DNA from: Ionaspis alba
Taxonomy: Eukaryota
Length of the DNA stretch: 64,000 bases
NCBI GenBank assembly: GCA_964255285.1
Contig: CAXUUL010000004.1
Span: 1-64,000 of the forward strand
Direction of reading: 5' to 3'
Shown: one piece after another, positions 1 to 12,554 of the stretch
Numbering within the stretch: position 1 is the first letter of the stretch
Layout: every line of letters starts with the position of its first letter
Translations under genes and position numbers: made by a program
Notes under the pieces: generated by a model
The model's input: the letters and a program-made list of their open reading frames with translations, nothing else
Told to the model about the DNA's origin: nothing
The model's database searches: none

Positions 1-336
1 CTATAGATACGCTAACCCATTAATATTTTTCTTATAATATTTAAACCTGAGAGGTATATAGTCAATAGATTATTATTATATCTCACGACAATAGTCCCTT
101 TTCTAAAAATTGACCTTAGCAGATTTTTTTTTTAAAAAAAATTGTAGTCTTAATAGAAGGCTTTCTATACAGACTAGATAGATATTTAGTATTAGTTTTT
201 TTTTAAAAAAAAGTTTATTTTCGTGATTCTGCGATAAAAACTTCAAAAACATCAAAAAAACCATGAAATATTCAAAAATCGTGAAAATATTGATGTATTT
301 TGTCTTATTGTAAACTAGCTCATGACTGTGACTGTG
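1..336. mobile_element. AT-rich, probably RIP-affected transposon/MITE end, truncated by the window edge
   Basis: Much more AT- and TpA-rich than the rest of the window. Contains two T-run/A-run palindromes (124-141, 196-212) and an internal hairpin TAGTCT..ATAGAA-GGCT-TTCTAT..AGACTA. Composition returns to normal abruptly after GACTGTGACTGTG (324-336). No transposase ORF is visible. Confidence 0.45.
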
Positions 337-586
337 ATCCTCCCGAGGCACTTTGATCGAGTTTGACTGACTTTATTTTCCCACACTTATCCTACCACTA
401 GGCTGCGCCTTACCATAACACAGTCGCGCCATATCACTACCTGAACAGTCGTAGAACACCTTTCCTCACTCAAATGAGCTAGGAGACATAAACGCCCCAA
501 CTGATTGCTCGATCATACGAGTCTGCTAGAGCTGTCAGGAGAGCTAGCTCTGTTCACACGCCGCGCTGGACTGAGCTTGCTGAAAA

Positions 587-3500
587 ATGTCAGAGCCGGG
601 CCAATCTTTGTCACAGTCAGATGAGGAGGATGGAGACTCCGACCTGCTAACCAGCGTCGAGAAGCCGAGCGGACATTCCACGATAACGTCGAATAGCAAG
701 CCTATAGCCAAGAGCAATGCCGTTAGGCAGGCCGTTTGTAAGATGCATAAATTCTTACTTTACGAGACTTCAGCTCGGTTCTTCCTTGTCGGAGGGGACG
801 TTATGGACCGGAGCTTTAGGATCTTGAAGATAGATAGGACGGCCGAGTGCGGAGACCTCAGTATCGTGGAAGACGATATCATATATACCAAGAAAGAGAT
901 GAACCAGATCTTGAACGCTGTCGATGATGGCAACAAAGGCTCGGGTGGATTAACTCTTCGGAGCCATACGTGGGGTCTGCTGGGCTTCATCAGATTTACT
1001 GGCGAATACTACATGCTTCTGATCACAAAACGAAGCCAAGTTGCCATGATAGGCGGACACTACGTCTATCAGGTTGACGGCACGGAACTTGTTTCTTTGA
1101 GTTCTCCCTCTGCTGCTCGTTTCAAACCAGATCGACACCCCGAGGAGGCCCGTTTTGTTAGCATTCTCAATAATCTTGATCTGTCAAGAGCCTTTTATTT
1201 TAGTTATTCATATGATATAACTCATACTCTGCAGCATAACATTCGCCGTGAAAGAGATGCCCTACAGCAGAACCATTCATCCCCTCTTACGGGGCAAAAT
1301 GACATGTTTGTCTGGAATCATCATCTTTTGGAACCGGCGAAGCGGGCTCTAAAAACCACAAGTGACTGGTGCTTGCCTATTGTGCATGGCTTTGTGGACC
1401 AAGCTAGTACTTAGTTCTTCCCCTGTCTCCTTCTGTCATTGTATTGACCGCTCTCCAGCTTTGTCGGTATACGGCCGATCAGTGTACATCACTATCATTG
1501 CGAGAAGGTCGCGATTCTTCGCTGGAGCTAGATTCTTGAAACGTGGGGCCAACGACTTAGTATACCGTCACGCTCCTGCTGGCAACCTTACACATCTTTC
1601 GCCGACTAATGGTCTTTCAGGGCTATGTTGCGAACGATGTCGAAACGGAGCAGGTTGTATCTGAAATGCGCACAACGTCATTCCACGCACCCGGCCCCAA
1701 GCTATATGCTAACCCGAACTACACCTCATATGTCCAGCACCGAGGCAGTATCCCTCTCCACTGGACACAGGACAGCACGGGTGTCACCCCCAAGCCAGAT
1801 ATCGAACGTAGGCTGACCTCGCAAACCACTAAGATACCGCGAGTGTCGCTGAATCTGCTAGTCAACCTCGTGGATCCATTCTACAGTGCAGCCGCTCTGC
1901 ATTTCGACAATCTTTTCGAACGGTACGGAGCACCCATTTATGTTTTAAATTTAGTTAAGGTATGCAGGACAAGTCAAATCCAGGCAATTCGCTTCGCTAA
2001 ATTGCACAGGCCCGTGAGAGGACGCCTAGAGAATCAATCTTGCTCAAAGAATACACAAACGCCATAAATTATCTCAACCAATTTCTGCCGGTAGCCCAGA
2101 AGATAATTCACAAGGCATGGGACATGAGTAGAGCTTCTAAGAGGTGAGAACGAGCATTATGGCACCTCACCAAGATATCTGACCCTTGCTCAAGCCGAGA
2201 CCAAGATGTTATTGGCACTTTAGAGTCCATCGCCGAAGAAGTCATTAACAAAACGAGCTTTTTCCACAACGGAGATGGTCAGGATGAGGTGGTGAAAATG
2301 CAGAATGGTATTGCACGCACGAACTGCATCGATTGTCTGGACCGGACAAATGCTGCTCAATTTGTGATAGGAAAATTGGCCCTTGGCCACCAATTGCACG
2401 CTCTAGGCATCATCAGTGAGACGTCCATCGACTATGACACCGATGCCGTCAATCTTTTCATGCATATGTAAGCTGCTCTTCTTTGACCACCCCAGTGTAG
2501 GTCCTCGACGGCAATGATCTCAATTGCCACAGGTATCACGAGCATGGCGATACAATCGCAATTCAATACGGCGGTTCGCACCTCGTGAACACTATGGAAA
2601 CCTACAGAAAGATCAACCAGTGGACGAGTCACTCACGCGACATGGTTGAGAGTTTCAAACGCTACTATAATAACTCGTTCCTGGATGGACAGAGGCAAGA
2701 GGCGTATAATCTCTTCCTCGGCAACTACATATTTGTACAGGGACAACCCATGCTTTGGGATCTTTCAACCGACTACTATCTTCACCATTCGGATCCAAAA
2801 GCGTGGTCAGCCAATGCTAGCAGGAGCTACATTAAGTGGTATACCCCAGAGTATATGGCCAGACGAGAGATGCCTACCACGATCAAGCTCGAAGATGTCC
2901 CAGAGAGGTCAATTGAGTTTTTTGACGACTATTGGCTCGAATACTACCGGCCACTTGCCGTCTCGTCCTTTGTAAAGATCTTCTCGTTCAGAATGAACTC
3001 GACATTGCGAGAAGCTCCCGCCCGATCGACCAGAGAGGGCAAATATGACCTGAGCCCTTTTCATGTCCGAATCGGACATGAGCACGAGCCTCCTGAGAAG
3101 CCGCGCCCAAGGAAAGGAGTGACCATAATTGTGCCTCAAGACCGGCCCGGTGGGGATGACGGGGCGGGAAGCACGACAGCTGCGACTCCAATGCCGGCAA
3201 GCGCACTCCCTCAGTGGTTGCATTCCCAACGACAAGAGGCGATGCTGGGTCATCACAGCATCCTGAAAGACAGTCATATCGAACTGCCTGATACTCCCAC
3301 GACCGCCGGAAGGACTCTTCAGAGTGCCAAGACTCCCAAGGATAAATCTGCTATTGCTCAATGGACATTGAACCAATTCGTTGTCAACTCCCTCAATCCA
3401 TCTGTGACGGAAAGCGAGATGAATGAGTATGGTCGTTACATCAGCCATCCGCTGAATTTGCCGCTGGTTGTATCGACAGATGATCCGCCGATTCCCAGTC

Positions 3501-3715
3501 TGGATCTCATCAACTATGTTCACACCGGAACCATTAGCAATCTAGCCGATCTCCATACTACAGACGAGGATATGGCAGATTATGTGGAGTTTCTCGAGGT
3601 TGGAGAGGATCCCCTGACTGTCACGGAAGCTGACACACCGAAGAAAAGGTATAAGGCTTATCGACAATGGCTGAAAGGCAAATCGTTATTCAAGCAATCA
3701 CGCATTGATCTTTGA
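587..3715 (+). CDS. FIG4: SAC-domain polyphosphoinositide phosphatase (Fig4/Sac3)
   Basis: Motifs [38 protein letters not shown] and catalytic CIDCLDRT. Introns 1407-1458, 1560-1620, 1808-1861, 1960-2009, 2144-2194 and 2468-2532 join the ORFs in frame. Confidence 0.95.
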
Positions 3716-3860
3716 AGGTGCTCGACAAGATATTTGGGATTGCTCATCCGTGCATCTTCCAGTCGCGCATCCTAATGTCAACATTCCTCGTACACGTGAG
3801 GACTGTGTCAAACTCTACCATGTCATGAACGCATGGCTTCATCGCCGTTCAAAACCTGTT

Positions 3861-5723
3861 TCAATCTTGCAGCCATTGATCCCAAGGCCGCCATAACTCC
3901 TCGAGCCGAGAGTCACTTTGCAGAAGCTTTCTTATTTCCTCTGTTGCTTCAGCGTCTTCCTGAATGGTAGCCATCAATAGCTTAAGATCTTCTTGCAGCA
4001 ACGATTTAATAGCTTCCAGCTCGCTCGAAGGACGGCCGTCTTCTCTCATTCTGCACCAACAGATTACTAAACCTTTCAAGATTCCACCACGGTGATAGCC
4101 AACACGCGGCCAGTCGTTGAGTATGATAGTCTGCAGTGCCTGGAGAGCCGACTGCACCAGAAGTGGATGAGCGAAGGCGAAGGGTCCGGAGATAATGTTG
4201 GAAATTAGTGGCAATAGATGCTTTGATGGGACTCATATCAGCGGCTAAGGAAGAGAAGACAGCGGGAATGGTTGCAATGCTTGGTTCTGTACCATACCTT
4301 GAGATGCTTGACAGACATAATGCCCATTTCCTCGACGATATATGCCATTCGTTCCACTAAGAGGACTGCAATTTTCACATACTCCCCTGCATGAGAATAC
4401 CCGTTCAGAATTCCTACGCGTAGTATCTTGTCTAGCACTTGCATCTTTTCCGTAGTGTTTGCCGGACTAGGGTATCTAGCACGAACCAGTGCCAGTAGCG
4501 CTGGATATACGACATCAAGTAAGCGGAGGGACTCTTCCTCCGGCGTCAAGGAAGGCAGATACGAGAGGCAAGGCATCAGAGCATCGTGGAAGACTTCTCC
4601 GAGTCCTGTGCGTTGCAGAAGAGAGGACGGCGTGATCTTGAGGAACGAGATTAGTAACTCACACCCTCTGATCTTGTCTTCCGTCGCCTGATCGTCAACG
4701 AGAGCAAGCAAAGGAGGGATAACGAGCGGCCAATTGGCTTCTAGCATGCTCGTCTGCAAACAATGTCAGCCAGACTGTTGAAAACTCCTTGCGTCGAGCA
4801 CCTGCATCGAGATGGCTGAAAATCCACCGAAACACGCTGACGATGTAGACATTTTGAAACTTCCATGGCTTGCTTCTCGTTTCTGCATCCGCGGACTCGA
4901 CCATCCCAGGGAGTGGACTGATAGCTTTCCGACCCTGCTGCGTAATGGTGTTGCTCTTGCTCTTTGCAAACAACGGCTTCACGCGATCTTGGAGGAGACT
5001 GGTCAAAAGGTCACCCACGGATTTCGTGTTGTCGGTCGAAGCAGTTTTCGAGCATCCCTCGAGAAGATCTTCCGCCTCCCTTCGGGCTTCTGGTCTCGTC
5101 CAGGCATCTCTCTCATCGGTAAACGAAGCAAGGCACGTGACAAGATCAAGGTCACAATCGTTCTTGAGGACGGGCACCACTCTTCGGAGGTTGTGGATAA
5201 GACGTAGTCCAGCACATGCCATTAACTGCCATTGTAACTTTTCGACGGGACTGAACTGTTTTGAGGGATCTGCAGCAGTCTTAGCTGGAATACTGTTTAA
5301 TCGACACTTCTGACTTTACGGGCGTCAAAGGGGGATCGTCTGGCAAATTCTTTGGGAGGTAGAATGCTCCAAACAACCCACTGCTGGATCTTGACGGCGT
5401 GTTCCCGGTCACTCGAAACATCTTCGAAGCCGTCAGGATTCCGTAGGCAGGCCTCAACCAGGACTATCTTTTGGTGGAGCTGGTTGTTTTTGTCAGTCTC
5501 AAGGTGTGTATGGACATTGTCCCACTGTTTAGGAGGCTGAACCTACAACCAGCCGGTCCTCGTGCTCCTTGGGTTGACTGAGCCGATATATGGTTTCCAA
5601 GTCCAACGAGTGGCGGAGTTCTCCTACTTTCTGTTCAGGCAAGCAAAAGAGCGGCAGCTGATCTTCTTGTTTGATGGATAGGATTAACTTCTTAGCATCT
5701 TGCTGTAGCTGAGACAGACTCAT
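3861..5723 (-). CDS. TTI2: Tti2-like (TEL2-TTI1-TTI2 co-chaperone) helical-repeat protein
   Basis: Segments WPLVIPPLLALVDD...K.RG, LLQRTGLGEVFHDALMPCLSYLPSLTP and LQTIILNDWPRV resemble Tti2. Introns 5480-5546, 5270-5319, 4754-4805 (GC-AG) and 4221-4297. An alternative in-frame ATG lies at 5786. Confidence 0.75.
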
Positions 5724-7216
5724 GTCGTCTCGCTCTTGATAGTCTACCCCTTGGTTGATCGTCGATTGTTCTTTACGAGCCACCATTCTTGGCCTTGACG
5801 TTGGCCTGTCGGTGCCTCTGTATCATTGAAATGGTCAGAATCATCAAAGTTAATCGAGGTGATCACCATACAGAACGCACGATACGCATCGCACTGTTCA
5901 CTTTAACGGAAGATTTAGTGCTCGTATGATCTACTCTGTCATCAAATCTGTGGAATCCTATCACAGGATCAGTGCTGCCAGAGATGCAACGCCATATCGT
6001 CCTCATTCCACACACTCTCTCCGTTTTGGTTTCCTCTCTACGTCTACCGAGCTCCGTAATGACATATCCTCAGGTTGTCTGCATGCAACGAGTCCAAGCT
6101 TTGTTGGTGTTGGTGCTTGGGCCATAGGATGGCTATTACTCTCCACTGCAAGGACGATAGTCCCGACTGGAAGCTAGTACGCATAAGTGAAACCAAAACC
6201 CATCGTGCGAGAAATGCGGTATATGATGTTATCTATATCCGGGCAAGCAGCCGATGGCACACGCTTAAACATAATGGCGGGGTAGATAGAGTGGGGTTTG
6301 GATGGGCGAGGTGCCAAGATAACCGTACCGGGATGAGGCAAGGATCTTATTGGCTCAGAAACATGCCCGGCCCCTCCTTTCTCACGGTTACCCTTGGTCC
6401 CGGTTCATTCTGTCACGGTCATCCTACCATTGCCCACCGAACTCTACATGTATGTTCTGCATGTACGTCTGGCAGTAGTCAGCTGCAGCCGAAGAGCTGG
6501 TGGGCATATCATTATTGCCCCACCATCCCGTCCAGATCGAGTGTCGCCGGTCTACTCTGAAGGTAGTTGTTCACCACAGGTGACGGTAATCATGCTGTGC
6601 AAGAAGTCAGCTCCTATGCGAGCAGACACTTTTGATTGTGGTGAGGGTGGATAAGGAACATGACAATTATCAATCATTTCCGCCATCAAGATTATAGGGG
6701 CCCAGGCTGCTGCTGTGTCATCGTCCATTGCATTGCATCAGGGCACAAAAGGGCCGACGATAATGCCTAGCCTCTCTTGCTGACTGACTGGCGAGGTCAA
6801 ACTTTAGGCGGCAGAAGTAACATGGATGGCAACGTCCTACGGGCCAATAGCTCCGACTCTCCCCAGCCCGCTGGAGCGTCCGTCATGGTCCTTTCTCGTT
6901 GCTGCGCCCTCCTCCCCTATCGTCCGCGATCGTCATTGGATCGACGACACCTTTGGCTCTCTCCTGGCCCTGTCATATGCAGTCCCTCTCTCCTTGCCTT
7001 TGGCTCAGAGTGGCATAGTAGCAATCACTCTCCCCTACCTACCCCTCCTCCCCACGAACAGTTCCGTATAATAGGCCGACTCCTTCCCCGTTCCACCTCA
7101 TCATCACCTCCATCACCACCATCACGTCCTTCTGCTCGCTCCACCAATACCAAACCTCCCATCTCAATTAGACGGAAGCACCACTCCCCGGCTTTCGTAA
7201 GAAATAAGAAGTTGCG

Positions 7217-7708
7217 ATGGCTGCAGCTGCGGGTGCGGAACTACTTATCATCCGGATCAATCGATACGACATGCTGATAACAAAGCCTGAACAGACTCGA
7301 ACGCTGCGACAACGAATCCCATGGACATCAGCAAAGACCCCTTCGCAGCCCAGCGAAGCCCGAGTGAAGATCCCTTTGCCGGTCAAAGGGGAGAAGATAC
7401 CGTTGGTGAAATGGCTGCCTCTCCTCCAAGCAGTGCTGGCATGCCCCGCGACCGTCGGATGAGCAAGGAATGGGGTTCGTCGTCTCCTCCGCCAGGGCGA
7501 TCGTCCCTCTAGGTCCTCTTCTCAGCCAGTGCAAGTGCTAAACGGTGTCGACACCACAGATGCTTCCAAGGTTCCCCCGTCGAGATTCCAGAAGCGCGAA
7601 GGAAGTATTTTCTCGACGCCGGGTTCGCGCGATGCCCACACAGGCAAGGGAAACGAGCGCGACAAGAGCTTCCATGAGAAGCTGAAGGAGAAAGGCTGGT
7701 TGAAGTGA
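7217..7708 (+). CDS. Small hydrophilic fungal protein of unknown function
   Basis: Introns 7233-7294 and 7475-7559 give MAAAADSNAATTNPMDISKDPF...RRMSKEWDASKVPPSRFQKREGSIFSTPGSRD...HEKLKEKGWLK*. TATA-like TATAATA near 7067. The start could instead be the ATG at 7321. Confidence 0.75.
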
Positions 7709-8017
7709 AGCAGTAATCGGAGGGAGGAGTCTCTTTCGTGTTCGGTATTCGATCCGGTGGTCTTTGTTTTAGGGTCAACGGGCCCGGTCCCTCGTGATGA
7801 GTCTCAACTGTATAGTATACAAAGCAAACGCGGGCAGTCAACAAAGGAGCGGACAGCTACTAGATTGCCATATACAGAATCTCACTGTGCCACTAATTTC
7901 CTTGGATGTCAGTGAAAATACTTCTGTCAAATGGGTCGAAGGGAGATATACCTCCGTTGCGGGCAAGTTCTCGCCTCAATGGGTACAGTTCCACAACTGA
8001 TGGCTCAGTGGATTCCG

Positions 8018-10785
8018 TCACTCATCGTCCAATTCGATGTCAAGCGCGTCTGGGTTGGCCACCGCCGCCCCTGTTTCTCTTTTGGCCACGTTGCCACCCT
8101 CTGGCCCGCTGCTGGCTGCCACAAAGCCTTGGGGAGCGCGAGCCTGTCGATCTAACGCTGCCATCGCATCTGCTCGTGCACTACTATCTTCATCATCATC
8201 TACCATTCCCTCACCACCAGCCTGCTGACTCCTGGCAAGTGCTTGTGAGGCGATGAAACTGACGTCAGTGCTAGGGAATGTCAGCTTGCCCCAAGCGCTT
8301 CTGCTAGCCCCGGGATGTGGACTTACTTGTATTGTGCCTGTACGCTCCGTTTGATACGCAGCATTTCCCTGAAAGTGTCTTCGTTACCGTGTTGTACCTC
8401 AAATGCTTCCCACTTGGACCAGAATGCTGGCGTCGTTCTCGGATCACAGAATTGGGAGGCATGCCCGTAGATTGCACGGGCACGGTCGATTTCTCCAAGC
8501 CTCTTCTCCATATCTGCAAACTTGAGACACATGTCTTTGGCTTCCTTGTCCGGCAGCGCTGCGATGGCCGTTTCGTAAATCGGTCTCGTCGATGTGAGCC
8601 CGAAGTTCGTAGCCGATTTGGTGATATAAAAGTTGAACATTTCCTTGCGGTCCTCGTCCGATACCGCACGAGTTGCACGTTCGTAAATCCGCATCGCGTG
8701 TCTAGCCAGACCTCGCTCTTCCTCGAGATCCCCGTACATCAGGTAGAGTACCTTGGCAAACTTTGGAGGGCATCCTTCCACAGCCTGTTCAAATAGATCG
8801 CGTAGTCGCTCGATACCGATCTTGCGGTCGACCGCCTTTGTCAAGTAGAGATTCCATAACTCGAAAGCAACAGGATAGCTGAAAAGGTCCAGACCACGCT
8901 CGTAGACCTTGAATGACTCTTCGAAATATTGGTTCTCCTCCAGCAAGTTGGCGTAATTTACCACCGTTTGCGGAGTTGCTATGCGAAGCTCGAAAATCCT
9001 CTCGTAGACCTTCCTCGTCTCTTCCAGAGTGTTCACGCTTTCGACCAGATCAACATAGAAGCTCCACAGCTTCCAGCTTTTGTGCACACGCTGTTGCGGC
9101 GAAAGGCTCTCGTCGAAATAGTCCACCGTCGATCGTTTGGGTGCCAGAGTGGCTTTCGCCATGATAGCGACAGCCTTGTCGAAGTTCTCGTTCCGGAGTT
9201 CCATTTCCGCCCATTCGCACCACATCTCGGCCAACTCAGCCACTGATTTGAAGGGCACTTTGACGGCCTTCTCCATGATGACTCTGGCACTACGAAGATC
9301 GCCACCTTCCTCGTAGAACTTCGCGTAATTGGTCCACAGCTCATGAAATCTTCCAATGGCCTTTCGGGGTTGCACGGCGGCAATGGCATCAGTATATGTC
9401 TGCACAACCTCTTTCTTGTTGTCTCCCCAGAGCGTGACCCTTTTTTCCCACTCTGGAACATTGTTTGGATTTTGACGAAGAAGCACATCGTTGACCAGGA
9501 ACGGTCGCCGATCCATCAGTTGCTCGAAACGCATCATCCTGATGTCCAAGTCGAAATTGGTGTCTTCATCAACCTTCCCGTTTTCAGATCTTATTGTTGC
9601 AGACTCCATAAGCGTTCCGATGATGGATTCCTCGAACTCAGCATAAGAGTCAAAGATCAAGGTGAAGTCTCGGACTGTCATAACTGTAGTGATGCCTTCC
9701 TCAAAGATATCTCGAGCTCTCTCAAAGTTCCCTTTTGTGATCCAGTAAGTCGCAAGACCCGACCACAGCTTTCCTCGCTGGTCTGCGAATCTTTCTATGC
9801 CGCTGCGAATGATTCTTTCCACGCTGACCCCTACGGCATCTCCTAGCTGGACTTCTTTTGCGTGAGTAACAATAAGGTCTACCATGTCACTCCACAGTTG
9901 AAAGCTGCTCTTTCGATCCTTGCTGCGGAATCTTGTGTTATTGAGGACGTCGATATATTTCGTCACAGCCTCGGTATACTGTCCCATATCCACAAGCAGC
10001 TCGATGAACTCTTCGGCATCCTCTGGGTGTATTTGCATGTAGCGTCTCCATATTCTCAGCGCTGTTTGACCGGAGGCCGAGCTTGCAAAGGGTCGATACT
10101 TGGCCCATACACGATTGTGCTGTGTGAGGGGCAATGACCGGAGCGCGCGATCGAAGGTGCGCCTTGTGTGGGTAATAAGGGGTTGTTGCATCAGGAATGT
10201 CAGATATAGCTCCCATACTTTGGGCATCTTGTTGAGTAGGACAAGAGCACGCTCGAACAAAGCATTGACCTTCGCATATTCTGCGGCATGGAGAGCCGGA
10301 TTCTTTCCCCGCAAGTGCTTCGTCCTCATTTCGAGGTACTGTTCCACGCATCAGTAAGGGAGGATCGAAGGCGTCGGTGCATAATATACCATTTTCCACA
10401 ACTTGTAAGACCGGGGAAGCTGCGTACAGGCGCGCTCCAGGATCTGATTGCATATCAGCTTGTGATTAGTGAAGGATCGAATATCGCTGACGTACAAAAG
10501 CTTGCTCGAGTAGTGTACCATGTTGATGCTTGAAGTCTACATAAGCCAACCATGGTTTCACACTTCCTGGATCACGCAGGACATCCTGTTCATAGACCAC
10601 ATCATCGCTAGACTACATAGGAGTAATCAGTCAGGTCTCTAGCCAGGTCTCGAATTATAATTTCTTGTGTCGAAGATACATACGATCAAATATAGACAGA
10701 GGTCAGGCTTTCGTGGAGGGGATCTAGAGCTTTTGGTTTGTATTGTATCGTCGATGGCCATGGCCTGCAAGAGCTCGCCCGGCAT
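8018..10785 (-). CDS. SYF1: Pre-mRNA splicing factor Syf1 (HAT repeats, NTC complex)
   Basis: HAT-repeat protein with LLRQNPNNVPEW, RIFELRIATPQ and FEVQHGNEDTFREMLRIKRSVQA. Introns 10613-10683, 10444-10495, 10339-10389 and 8271-8326. Confidence 0.95.
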
Positions 10786-11074
10786 GTTGATGTCGCGTGC
10801 TTAGTCAATTCTCGATACTGTCTTACAGGACTGTGCTTCCCGTCCTCATTGCAAATTACTGGTCAAGGTCGGACAAGAAGGCTGGATATGCTACCGTGAT
10901 AAGCGCTTGGAACCCGAACTCTGTCGCAAAGCTTTAGCGCAGTCGCGGCAAAGTGGCCTATCGGAGTTGGCATTAACGCTCCTCGAATGACCGACGTAGA
11001 TTTCAATTGACCTTGATTGTTAGATACCTTTCTCAAAGCTACCAGGCGCATATTCACCTATCGGAGCCTGAAAT

Positions 11075-12322
11075 ATGTCCGGCGCGGGGGTAAGTTCCTT
11101 ACAATCTATACGATCAACTTGTACTAACGAGAAATCCGATGATCACAGGACAGAGAGGCTGTGTTTCCCACGCGGCAATCCTTGGGAGCTATGAAGACCA
11201 AGCTGAAAGGCGCCGAGACAGGTCACAGTCTGTTGAAAAGGAAGAGTGAAGCCCTGACAAAGTACGCATGCCCTCCTGTATAGATGATGGAGCTGTGCTC
11301 ACATTTGCCTAGGCGGTTTCGAGGTATGTCACCGCTGCACTGATTTCCTTCTTGTATACTGAACGCTGCAGAAATTACCAGAAGAATCGATGAGGCAAAG
11401 CGGAAGATGGGTAGGGTCATGCAAATAGCCGCATTCTCGCTGGCAGAAGTCACCTACGCTGTCGGTGGAGATATCGGCTACCAGGTCCAAGAATCAGCAA
11501 AGGGGGCCAGATTCCGTGTCAAAACAAAGCAAGAGAATGTGTCTGGTGTCTTTCTTCCTCAATTTGAGAGCTACACAACCGAAGGTAATGATGACTTTGG
11601 CCTGACGGGATTGGGCAAGGGCGGTCAGCAAGTTCAAAAATGTCGAGAGACATATGCAAGAGCAGTGGAGACTCTGGTGGAGCTAGCTAGTCTCCAAGTA
11701 ATGATTCCCTGATAAGATGCCTGATCTCATACACTGATATGGCAAAGACAGCATTCGTAATCTTGGACGAGGTCATCAAGGTTGTGAATCGCCGTGGTAA
11801 GTATTGGTCTTCCTCTAAACAATGATATGTCGCTAATATAGGCGTTTTAGTAAACGCGATGTGAGTAATTGAATGCTTCGAGGTAAAGATTTTCGATAGT
11901 AAGCTGACGAACTCTACTTTGGCAAATAAAGTGAACATGTAGGCATCCACTCAGGAATGGCACCTTCTGCTCTTACTGACCTCAACCAGGTCATCATACC
12001 AAGGACGGAGAACACGATCAAGTGTACGTATTGTATGGCACGCACCCCCACCAATCTAATGGTGGACAGATATCAACTCCGAGCTCGACGAGCTGGACCG
12101 AGAGGAATTCTACCGTCTCAAAAAGGTGGAGTCTGGGTTTTGTGATCTGGAGCGCACACATGCTGACATCAAAACTAGGTTAAAAACAACAAGCTTCGCG
12201 ACAACGAAGAAAAGGATCGGGAGAGAGTGGCGAAGGGAAGGGAGAGTGAAAAGGAGAATGAAGATCGTGTAGGGGCCTCAGACATTCTTGGCGACCAAGA
12301 AGATCAAGATGTCATCTTTTAG
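11075..12322 (+). CDS. VMA8: V-type proton ATPase subunit D
   Basis: DREAVFPTRQSL...GHSLLKRKSEALTKRFR...[59 protein letters not shown]...DQDVIF*. Nine introns: 11090-11148, 11262-11312, 11324-11371, 11698-11747, 11797-11850, 11861-11931, 11939-11989, 12024-12069, 12126-12178. Confidence 0.95.
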
Positions 12323-12554
12323 GGCCTGCATCGTTCGGCAGAAGCATACTTGAGGAGACGCATTGACGGCGTATGGCTGCAATCCTCGGCCTCGGCCTGA
12401 CTATTCCTGTATTATTCTCCCGCCTTCGCCTTGCTGCATGAATAGCCAATGCCAAGCGAATGCAACGATACTGGGTATCTCGATGTTGTACATGAAAAGT
12501 CTGGAAGGCAGCAGCCGGATTGCGCGCAACTAAGCCAATCTTTTTTGTAGTGCC

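Noticed and set aside
103..351. 82-aa minus-strand ORF in the AT-rich left end
   Set aside because: F/K/L/I-rich translation of low-complexity AT DNA with no recognisable domain.
5525..5546. Apparent 22-nt ultra-short intron (GTAGGT...CTAAACAG) in TTI2
   Set aside because: A normal 67-nt intron from the same donor to CAG at 5480, with branch ACTGAC, gives the same frame.
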